Below, one piece after another: positions 53,501 through 64,000 of a stretch of 64,000 nucleotides of DNA. Every line of letters begins with the position of its first letter. The stretch's first letter is position 1. The stretch comes from Phyllobates terribilis (taxonomy: Eukaryota), in NCBI RefSeq assembly GCF_046119375.1, contig NW_027362761.1, positions 663,958,001 through 664,022,000 of the forward strand, in the 5' to 3' direction. Both the position numbers and the translations under genes were made by a program. The notes under the pieces are model-generated. The model did not search any database. It was not told the DNA's origin and saw nothing but the letters and a program-made list of their open reading frames with translations.

Positions 53501-54605
53501 GGGGTTGCTTTGTCCTTTGGAGGTCCCCAGTGCTCCTTGGACACATTTGGCTATGGACTTTATAACTGACCTTCCCCCCTCTGAGGGTTTTACTGTCATC
53601 TGGGTGGTCGTGGACCGTTTTAGCAAGATGTGTCACTTGGTTCCCTTCGTCAAACTGCCCTGCGCTAAAACTCTCGCTAAGGCCTTTGTCAAGGAAATTG
53701 TCAGACTTCATGGCGTTCCTACTGACATTGTTTCTGATAGGGGTCCTCAGTTCGTGGCTCTTTTTTGGCGTGCCTTTTGTGACAGGTTGGGAATTCATTT
53801 GTCGTTTTCGTCCGGATATCATCCTGAATCTAATGGCCAGACAGAAAGGAAAAACCAGGATGTTGAGCAGTTCTTGCGTTGTTTTGTGGCAGACAATCAA
53901 GAGGGGTGGTCTGAGTTTCTGCCACTTGCTGAATTTGCTCTGAACAATCATACATCTTCTTCTGCTGGTTGTTCGCCTTTTTTTTGTTGTTCTGGGAGAC
54001 ATCCGTCGTTTGGGTCGTTCTCCAAGTTGGGATCTGCCGTGCCTGAGGAGGAGAATTTTTCCGGTGATTTGGAGAGAGTTTGGACGGATGTGCGTGGTAA
54101 TCTTCAGGAGGCCAACAGAAAATCTAAAGACTACTTTGATAGGAAACGACAGGAGGTTTTGTTCGCTGTTGGTGACATGGTTTGGTTGTCCTCTAGGAAT
54201 CTGCGGTTGAGGATTCCTTCTAAGAAATTGGGTCCCAAGTTTGTAGGGCCCTTTAAGGTGCTTCAAGTTGTCAACCAATCTGCTGTTAGGTTGGAGGTTC
54301 CTACCTCCTGGAGAATTAATCCTGTATTTCATGTCTCTCTGTTAAAAAAAGCTGTTGTGTCGGATGGTGACGCCTCTGCCTCTGTTCCTCCGGTGGTGGA
54401 GGACGGGGAATATGAAATTTCTCGCATCCTTGACTCTAGACGGTATAGAGGTAGTTTACAGTATCTTGTGGCCTGGAAAGGTTTCGGACCCGAGGATAAC
54501 TCTTGGGTGAGGTCAGATGATGTTTCCGCGTCCAGACTTATCAGAGCGTTTCACAGGAGATTTCCTGATAAGCCTGGTCCTAGGGGATCCGGAGGATCCT
54601 CTTAG
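50537..54605 (+). CDS. Gag-Pol polyprotein of element A (gag, CCHC, protease, RT, RNase H, integrase, chromodomain) with a single +1 frameshift at about 52036-52045
   Basis: ORFs 50537-52081 and 52098-54605. Motifs [65 protein letters not shown] and [33 protein letters not shown]. Confidence 0.93.
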
Positions 54606-55042
54606 AAGGGGGGGTACTGTTAGAACCTTGCTCTTAGGTTTTTTCCTTTGCTGGTCACATGAGCTTGTTGGCCTATTTAATCCTGCTCCGCCCTTCTGGC
54701 TTTGCTGGACTTCATTGTATATCTACTTTCTAGCTAGCCTGTGCTCTGTGTCTTGCTCTGTTAGTTTGCTTGGTCTACGGACCTCTATGTTCTATATATT
54801 TTGTTTGTTCGTCTGTCTGCTACTATTTCTGTTAGGAGGTGTCCCATATTCCTCCCAGTCCTTAGTACTTGTAGGGATTCCTTCCCCACATCTATAGGTC
54901 TCCGTACAGACTAGCTTAGGACTTTAGCAGGTCTGATCGCAGGATCAGGTCCCCTGTTACATCGTAGGGATTAAGCTGAGTTCTATCGCAGGGACAGATC
55001 TCCTCTCTTTCCTTAGCTCTGGTAGCAGAACATAACAGAAGG

Positions 55043-58000
55043 TAGGACTTCCAGATTTTTTTTGTATGGTAAACGGCAAGATTTTTTTTCCTTTAGAAAC
55101 GCTTGTTTATTATATTTTCGTTTAAGACCCAGATCCTCGGGAGTGAATCACAGCGCATTGGGTTTATAATGTCACTTTTGCGCAAAGAACCACAGGGATG
55201 GGCCTTTTCTCTACAACCTAATGATCCGTGTTTTAGATCTGTGGAAGATTTTTTTTCTGCTATGGGGTTGTTGTATGATGATCCTGATCGATTCTCATCT
55301 GCTGAAACTGAATTAAGATGTTTGAAGCAGGGATCAGGTGATGTGGAAAATTATTGTACATACTTCAGAAGATGGTCAGCTGAAGTGGAATGGAATGACT
55401 CAGCATTAAAATGTTTGTTTCTTGATGGTCTAGGTGAAAGGGTTAAGTATCTGTTGATTGCCTTCCCAAAACCTGGAACCTTGCAGGAGGCAATGCAATT
55501 AGCCATACGTGTGGACAGGAGACTGCGTGCTAGGAGTAATGAAGAGAGATTTACTGCTATGGCAGCTCCTAGTTTTTAGAGGGTCTGTTCGGAGGGTGGA
55601 GAACCGATGGAGATTGGGGCGATGTCACCCCACTCTCAGGAAAAAGACCGCAGGTTTGCTAAAGGATTGTGTTTTTATTGCGGTAAATCTGACCACTTTA
55701 TTAAGAACTGTGTGCTTCGTTTGAACAAAGAAAAAAAAAAAAGAGGTCAGTTATGCCCGCATAGCGTGTTTAAACTCAAAAGGAGTATTTCTTTCTGGAA
55801 GCACCTCATTCCAGGAGGAGTTGATTGAATTTCGGGTATTTGTGGATTGTGGTTCCACACTCAATGTGATTGATGAGGATTTTTTGGAAAAATTTAAATT
55901 AGAATCCAAACTTTTGTCATCTCCTATTTCTGTGGTTGCTGTTGATGGCTCTCCCTTGAAAGGTATTACTCACAAGGTTTTTGAATTTCCCCTCACCATT
56001 AATGGTATCCACCAAGAGAATTTGGATTTGGCGGTATTAAATAATTTGCCTGCTCCAGTGGTTTTGGGGTTACCTTGGTTAAAATTGCACAATCCTGTAC
56101 TGGACTGGTCTACCAATGAAATTAAGTCTTGGAGTCCTAAGTGTTATGATAGATGTTGTAACGGTCGCATTGCTGCTGTGGAAAGAGGGGAATTACCTGT
56201 ACCTATTCAGGATTTTTGGAGGGTTTTTTCTGAGGAGGAGTCGCAAGTTTTGCCTCCTCATAGGGACTATGATTGTACTATTGAGTTTGTCCCTAGAGCA
56301 ACTCTTCCCAAGAGTCGCTTATTTAATCTTACTATCCCTGAGAGAAAGGCCTTGGAGGAATACATACAGACAAGCTTGGCCGCCGGTCACATTAGACCTT
56401 CTAAGTCACCTGTGGCTGTTGGATTTTTTTTTGTAAAAAAAAAGGACGGCGGTTTACGTCCATGTCTGGACTTTCGCGAAATTAATAAAATTACAGTACG
56501 CAATTCCTACCCACTGCCATTAATTCCTGACTTGTTCAACCAGTTAGTGGGGGCCAAGTGGTTCTCTAAGATTGATCTCCGGGGGGCATACAATTTGTTA
56601 CGTATGAAGGAAGGTGATGAGTGGAAAACTGCTTTTAACACTCCAGTGGGTCATTTTGAGAATCTGGTGATGCCCTTTGGTCTTACCAACGCACCAGCGT
56701 TTTTTCAGAACCTTATTAATGACATCCTAAGACCGTTGATCGGTAAGAATGTGGTGGTGTATTTGGATAACATTTTGATTTTTGCGCCGGATCTGGAGTC
56801 TTATTGGCAGAGCGTACGTGAGGTGTTGCAGTTGTTAAGCGACAATTCGCTTTTTGCTAAGTTGGAGAAATGTGAGTTTGCTGTGCAGAGAATTAGTTTT
56901 TTGGGCTACATTATCTCCAGCGAGGGCTTTGAGATCGACCCAGTGAAGGTTCAGGCGGTGCAGGAATGGCCAAGGCCTATTGGTTTGAAACCAATACAGA
57001 GATTTTTGGGTTTCGCCAATTATTACCGAAAATTCATTAAGAATTTTTCTATAATTGTTAAGCCGCTGACCGATCTCACCAGGAAAGGTGCGAATACGGT
57101 TCAGTGGACTACTGAGGCCATTGAAGCTTTTGTGTATCTCAAGGAGAGGTTCAGTTCTGCCCCCATCCTTATGCAGCCTGATGAGACCAAGCCTTTTTTG
57201 GTCGAGGTTGATGCGTCTTCGGTGGGGGTCGGTGCTGTTTTGTCTCAGGAAAACAAGGATGGAGTACATCCCTGTGCTTTTATTTCAAAAAAATTTTCTG
57301 AGACCGAACTTAATTACGATGTCGGTAATCGGGAATTGCTGGCGATTAAACTCGCATTTGAACATTGGCGTCATCTCTTGGAAGGTGCTAAATTTCCCAT
57401 TCAGGTTTTTACTGATCATAAGAATCTGATCTATCTTGATGCTGCCAAGCGCTTGAATGCCTGTCAAGCTAGGTGGGCACTTTTTTTTCCGCGGTTTAAT
57501 TTTTCTGTTACTTACATCCCGGGTACCAAGAATGTAAAAGCTGATGCTATATCTCGCAGTTTTTCTCCCATGGTTGGTACCGAGGAGGAGGAGAGCATTT
57601 TACAGGAAGGTGTTGTGATAGCAGCATTGGATCCGTTTTGGAAGATGGGATTCTGAAAGCCCAGGAGGATGCCCCATCTAACACTCCCCATAGGAGGTTG
57701 TTTGTGCCTAGGAACTTTAGGAGAGAGTTGTTTGTGGAGTGTCATGAGTCTCGGTTGGCAGGTCATCCAGGAATTTCGGAGACTAAGAGACTTGTAGGTC
57801 GCAGTTTTTGGTGGCCTGGGTGGCAGAAGGAAGTCATTAAGTGGGTGCTTCAATGTACTGTGTGTGCTAGATCTAAGTCTTCACATGCTCCTGCTGCGGG
57901 GTTGCTTTGCCCTCTGGAGGTTCCTAGTGCTCCTTGGACGCATCTTGCTATGGATTTTATTACTGACCTTCCTGCCTCTGAGGGTTTCACTGTTATCTGG

Positions 58001-58986
58001 GTGGTCGTGGACCGTTTTAGCAAGATGTGTCACTTGGTTCCCTTCATCAAACTACCCTGCGGCAGGACACTCGCTAAGGCTTTTGTTAAAGAAATTGTCA
58101 GGCTCCATGGCGTTCCTACCGACATTGTTTCCGATAGGGGACCTCAGTTCGTGGCTCGTTTTTGGCGTGCCTTTTGTGACAGGTTGGGAGTCCATTTGTC
58201 ATTTTCGTCTGGTTATCATCTTGAGTCTAATGGATAGACAGAAAGAAAGAACCAGGATGTTGACAATCAAGAGGGGTGGTCTGAGTTTCTGCCACTGGCT
58301 GAATTTGCTCTTAACAACCATACATCCTCTTTTGCTGGGTGTTCTCCTTTTTTTTGTTGTACTGGGAGACATCCGTCGTTTGGGTCATTCTCCAAATTGG
58401 TATTGGCTGTGCCGGAGGAGGAGAATTTTTCCGGTGATTTGGAGAGAGTTTGGACTGATGTACGTAGTAACCTCCAAGAGGCTAACAAAAAATCGAAGAG
58501 GTACTTTGACAGGAAACGTCAAGAGGTTTTGTTTACTGTTGGTGACATGGTTTGGTTGTCCTCTAGGAATCTGCAGTTGAGGATTCCTTCTAAGATATTG
58601 GGCCCGAAGTTTGTAGGTCCTTTTAAGGTGCTTCAGGTAGTTAACCAATCTGCTGTTAGGTTGGAGGTGCCTACTCCTGGAAGATTAATCCGGTGTTTCA
58701 TGTTTCCTTATTGAAAAAAGCTGATGTTTCTGATAGGGACGCCACTGTCTCTGTTCCTCCGGTGGAGGAAGACGGTGAATATGAAATTTCTCGCATTCTT
58801 AATTCTAGATGGCATAGAGGGAGATTGCAGTATCTCGTCGCTTGGAAAGGTTTCGGTCCCGAGGATAACTCCTAGGTAAGGGCGGATGATGTCTCTGCTC
58901 CTAGACTTGTCGGAGTGTTTCACAGGAGGTTTCCTGATAGACCTGGGCCTGGATGATCCGGGGGATCCTCATAGAAGAGGGAGTAC
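55043..58986 (+). pseudogene. gag-pol of B unit 1 (portion after element A), multiply disrupted
   Basis: TAG at 55577-55579, A12 frameshift near 55740, YLDN instead of YLDD, frameshift near 57635, stop at 58235, 27-bp deletion near 58262. Confidence 0.93.
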
Positions 58987-59459
58987 TGTTAGAACTCTCC
59001 TGTTAGTTTTTTCTATTTTTGCTGGTCACATGACTTTTTGCCTATATAATCCAGCTCTGCCCTCCTGGCCTTGCTGGACTTCAGTGTTACTTTTACTCTT
59101 AAGCTAGCCAGGTGTCTTGTACCTTACTCTGTAGTTTGCTTGGTCTTTTGACCACTAGTACTTCTGTTTGTTTGTTTGTCTTTGCTCTGCTACAATTTCT
59201 GCTAGGAGGTGTCCAACTATATCCCAGTCCTTAGTTCTTGTAGGGACCCCTCCCTTATATCTATAGGTCTGCGTTCAGACTAGCCGAGGACTTAGGAGGG
59301 TCTGTTCACAAGGATCAGGTCCCCCGCTGCATCGTAGGGAATCAGCTTAGTCCTATTGTAGGGACAGTTTTCCTTAGTGTTTGTAGCAGTTCATAACAGT
59401 AAGTCCAGCCCAAAAATAAAACACTCTAAGGGAAAAAAAATAGAAATCCTGATTTCAGC

Positions 59460-62400
59460 ATGGTGTCAGTTCAGGAGTTGGCTCAACGCCTGCAGGGACT
59501 GTCTTTGGAGGTGGCCGAGCTCCAGCAACACGTGAGTAGCTGTCCTGGAGCGCATTTTGTCGAACCGAAGGTAGGACTTCCAGATTTTTTTTGTATGGTA
59601 AACGGCAAGATTTTTTTTCCTTTAGAAACGCTTGTTTATTATATTTTCGTTTAAGACCCAGATCCTCGGGAATGAATCACAGCGCATTGGGTTTATAATG
59701 TCACTTTTGCGCAAAGAACCACAGGGATGGGCCTTTTCTCTACAACCTAATGATCCGTGTTTTAGATCTGTGGAAGATTTTTTTTCTGCTATGGGGTTGT
59801 TGTATGATGATCCTGATCGATTCTCATCTGCTGAAACTGAATTAAGATGTTTGAAGCAGGGATCAGGTGATGTGGAAAATTATTGTACATACTTCAGAAG
59901 ATGGTTGGCTGAAGTGGAATGGAATGACTCAGCATTAAAATGTTTGTTTCTTGATGGTCTAGGTGAAAGGGTTAAGTATCTGTTGATTGCCTTCCCAAAA
60001 CCTGGAACCTTGCAGGAGGCAATGCAATTAGCCATACGTGTGGACAGGAGACTGCGTGCTAGGAGTAATGAAGAGAGATTTACTGCTATGGCAGCTCCTA
60101 GTTTTTAGAGGGTCTGTTCGGAGGGTGGAGAACCGATGGAGATTGAGGCGATGTCACCCCACTCTCAGGAAAAAGACCGCAGGTTTGCTAAAGGATTGTG
60201 TTTTTATTGCGGTAAATCTGACCACTTTATTAAGAACTGTGTGCTTCGTTTGAACAAAGAAAAAAAAAAAAGAGGTCAGTTATGCCCGCATAGCGTGTTT
60301 AAACTCAAAAGGAGTATTTCTTTCTGGAAGCACCTCATTCCAGGAGGAGTTGATTGAATTTCGGGTATTTGTGGATTGTGGTTCCACACTCATTGTGATT
60401 GATGAGGGTTTTTTGGAAAAATTTAAATTAGAATCCAAACTTTTGTCATCTCCTATTTCTGTGGTTGCTGTTGATGGCTCTCCCTTGAAAGGTATTACTC
60501 ACAAGGTTTTTGAATTTCCCCTCACCATTAATGGTATCCACCAAGAGAATTTGGATTTGACGGTATTAAATAATTTGCCTGCTCCAGTGGTTTTGGGGTT
60601 ACCTTGGTTAAAATTGCACAATCCTGTACTGGACTGGTCTACCAATGAAATTAAGTCTTGGAGTCCTAAGTGTTATGATAGATGTTGTAACGGTCGCATT
60701 GCTGCTGTGGAAAGAGGGGAATTACCTGTACCTATTCAGGATTTTTGGAGGGTTTTTTCTGAGGAGGAGTCGCAAGTTTTGCCTCCTCATAGGGACTATG
60801 ATTGTACTATTGAGTTTGTCCCTAGAGCAACTCTTCCCAAGAGTCGCTTATTTAATCTTACTATCCCTGAGAGAAAGGCCTTGGAGGAATACATACAGAC
60901 AAGCTTGGCCGCCGGTCACATTAGACCTTCTAAGTCACCTGTGGCTGTTGGATTTTTTTTTGTAAAAAAAAAGGACGGCGGTTTACGTCCATGTCTGGAC
61001 TTTCGCGAAATTAATAAAATTACAGTACGCAATTCCTACCCACTGCCATTAATTCCTGACTTGTTCAACCAGTTAGTGGGGGCCAAGTGGTTCTCTAAGA
61101 TTGATCTCCGGGGGGCATACAATTTGTTACATATGAAGGAAGGTGATGAGTGGAAAACTGCTTTTAACACTCCAGTGGGTCATTTTGAGAATCTGGTGAT
61201 GCCCTTTGGTCTTACCAACGCACCAGCGTTTTTTCAGAACCTTATTAATGACATCCTAAGACCGTTGATCGGTAAGAATGTGGTGGTGTATTTGGATAAC
61301 ATTTTGATTTTTGCGCCGGATCTGGAGTCTTATTGGCAGAGCGTACGTGAGGTGTTGCAGTTGTTAAGCGACAATTCGCTTTTTGCTAAGTTGGAGAAAT
61401 GTGAGTTTGCTGTGCAGAGAATTAGTTTTTTGGGCTACATTATCTCCAGCGAGGGCTTTGAGATCGACCCGGTGAAGGTTCAGGCGGTGCAGGAATGGCC
61501 AAGGCCTATTGGTTTGAAACCAATACAGAGATTTTTGGGTTTCGCCAATTATTACCGAAAATTCATTAAGAATTTTTCTATAATTGTTAAGCCGCTGACC
61601 GATCTCACCAGGAAAGGTGCGAATACGGTTCAGTGGACTACTGAGGCCATTGAAGCTTTTGTGTATCTCAAGGAGAGGTTCAGTTCTGCCCCCATCCTTA
61701 TGCAGCCTGATGAGACCAAGCCTTTTTTGGTCGAGGTTGATGCGTCTTCGGTGGGGGTCGGTGCTGTTTTGTCTCAGGAAAACAAGGATAGAGTACATCC
61801 CTGTGCTTTTTTTTCAAAAAAATTTTCTGAGACCGAACTTAATTACGATGTCGGTAATCGGGAATTGCTGGCGATTAAACTCGCATTTGAACATTGGCCG
61901 TCATCTCTTGGAAGGTGCTAAATTTCCCATTCAGGTTTTTACTGATCATAAGAATCTGATCTATCTTGATGCTGCCAAGCGCTTGAATGCCTGTCAAGCT
62001 AGGTGGGCACTTTTTTTTCCGCGGTTTAATTTTTCTGTTACTTACATCCCGGGTACCAAGAATGTAAAAGCTGATGCTATATCTCGCAGTTTTTCTCCCA
62101 TGGTTGGTACCGAGGAGGAGGAGAGCATTTTACAGGAAGGTGTTGTGATAGCAGCATTGGATCCGTTTTGGAAGATGGGATTCTGAAAGCCCAGGAGGAT
62201 GCCCCATCTAACACTCCCCATAGGAGGTTGTTTGTGCCTAGGAACTTTAGGAGAGAGTTGTTTGTGGAGTGTCATGAGTCTCGGTTGGCAGGTCATCCAG
62301 GAATTTCGGAGACTAAGAGACTTGTAGGTCGCAGTTTTTGGTGGCCTGGGTGGCAGAAGGAAGTCATTAAGTGGGTGCTTCAATGTACTGTGTGTGCTAG

Positions 62401-63486
62401 ATCTAAGTCTTCACATGCTCCTGCTGCGGGGTTGCTTTGCCCTCTGGAGGTTCCTAGTGCTCCTTGGACGCATCTTGCTATGGATTTTATTACTGACCTT
62501 CCTGCCTCTGAGGGTTTCAGTGTTATCTGGGTGGTCGTGGACCGTTTTAGCAAGATGTGTCACTTGGTTCCCTTCATCAAACTACCCTGCGGCAGGACAC
62601 TCGCTAAGGCTTTTGTTAAAGAAATTGTCAGGCTCCATGGCGTTCCTACCAACATTGTTTCCGATAGGGGACCTCAGTTCGTGGCTCGTTTTTGGCGTGC
62701 CTTTTGTGACAGGTTGGGAGTCCATTTGTCATTTTCGTCTGGTTATCATCTTGAGTCTAATGGATAGACAGAAAGAAAGAACCAGGATGTTGACAATCAA
62801 GAGGGGTGGTCTGAGTTTCTGCCACTGGCTGAATTTGCTCTTAACAACCATACATCCTCTTTTGCTGGGTGTTCTCCTTTTTTTTGTTGTACTGGGAGAC
62901 ATCCGTCGTTTGGGTCATTCTCCAAATTGGTATTGGCTGTGCCGGAGGAGGAGAATTTTTCCGGTGATTTGGAGAGAGTTTGGACTGATGTACGTAGTAA
63001 CCTCCAAGAGGCTAACAAAAAATCGAAGAGGTACTTTGACAGGAAACGTCAAGAGGTTTTGTTTACTGTTGGTGACATGGTTTGGTTGTCCTCTAGGAAT
63101 CTGCGGTTGAGGATTCCTTCTAAGATATTGGGCCCGAAGTTTGTAGGTCCTTTTAAGGTGCTTCAGGTAGTTAACCAATCTGCTGTTAGGTTGGAGGTGC
63201 CTACTCCTGGAAGATTAATCCGGTGTTTCATGTTTCCTTATTGAAAAAAGCTGATGTTTCTGATAGGGACGCCACTGTGTCTGTTCCTCTGGCGGAGGAA
63301 GACGGTGAATATGAAATTTCTCGCATTCTTAATTGTAGATGGCATAGAGGGAGATTGCAGTATCTCGTCGCTTGGAAAGGTTTCGGTCCCGAGGATAACT
63401 CCTGGGTAAGGGCGGATGATGTCTCTGCTCCTAGACTTGTCGGAGTGTTTCACAGGAGGTTTCCTGATAGACCTGGGCCTGGATGA
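59460..63486 (+). pseudogene. gag-pol of B unit 2, with the same lesions as unit 1 plus a 1-bp insertion near 61898
   Basis: Near-identical to unit 1 at an offset of about 4530 bp. Confidence 0.93.
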
Positions 63487-64000
63487 TCCGGGGGATCCTC
63501 ATAGAAGAGGGAGTACTGTTAGAACTCTCCTGTTAGTTTTTTCTATTTTTGCTGGTCACATGACTTTTTGCCTATATAATCCAGCTCTGCCCTCCTGGCC
63601 TTGCTGGACTTCAGTGTTACTTTTACTCTTAAGCTAGCCAGGTGCCTTGTACCTTACTCTGTAGTTTGCTTGGTCTTTTGACCACTAGTACTTCTGTTTG
63701 TTTGTTTGTCTTTGCTCTGCTACAATTTCTGCTAGGAGGTGTCCAACTATATCCCAGTCCTTAGTTCTTGTAGGGACCCCTCCCTTATATCTATAGGTCT
63801 GCGTTCAGACTAGCCGAGGACTTAGGAGGGTCTGTTCACAAGGATCAGGTCCCCCGCTGCATCGTAGGGAATCAGCTTAGTCCTATTGTAGGGACAGTTT
63901 TCCTTAGTGTTTGTAGCAGTTCATAACAGTAAGTCCAGCCCAAAAATAAAACACTCTAAGGGAAAAAAAATAGAAATCCTGATTTCAGCATGGTGTCGGT

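Larger units (their letters stand above)
50069..55037 (+). mobile_element. Young, near-intact chromovirus Gypsy subfamily A element nested in gag of B unit 1
   Basis: LTRs at 50069-50488 and 54619-55037. TSD GAAGG at 50064-50068 and 55038-55042. PPT GAAGGGGGGGG before the 3' LTR. Confidence 0.97.
49489..64000 (+). mobile_element. Head-to-tail array of defective chromovirus Gypsy subfamily B units sharing LTRs (at least 3 units)
   Basis: LTRs at 49489-49895, 58987-59398 and 63517-63928, each followed by the PBS and a gag ATG (49957, 59460, 63990). Internal regions carry gag, PR, RT, RH, IN and chromodomain with shared lesions. Confidence 0.95.

Noticed and set aside
53229-63453. Antisense and alternative-frame ORFs (up to 282 aa) within Gypsy pol
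   Set aside because: They are shadows of the sense ORF with no independent motifs, and they repeat only because the units are duplicated.

Overview
Eukaryotic, vertebrate-type genomic DNA, probably an anuran amphibian (inferred from the repeat families). The only host coding sequence I can support is two + strand exons of a CRTC1 (CREB-regulated transcription coactivator 1) homologue, at 14078-14223 and 27589-27831. They sit in very large introns filled with transposons. DNA transposons include hAT (one decayed 6.7-kb autonomous copy plus MITEs and a non-autonomous element), several Tc1/mariner families, piggyBac and TTAA MITEs. Retroelements include Penelope-like elements, an L2 LINE, an ERV env/3' LTR remnant and solo LTRs. 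The most structured region is 49489-64000, a head-to-tail array of chromodomain Gypsy (Tf1/sushi-like) units that share LTRs (period 4530 bp, at least 3 units). A very young, almost intact relative is nested in the first unit with a GAAGG target-site duplication. All three Gypsy subfamilies here appear to self-prime: their PBS (AAGTCCAGC) is complementary to LTR sequence exactly 30 nt after the TATA box, and it overlaps a consensus splice donor. All analysis was by eye; no database searches were run.
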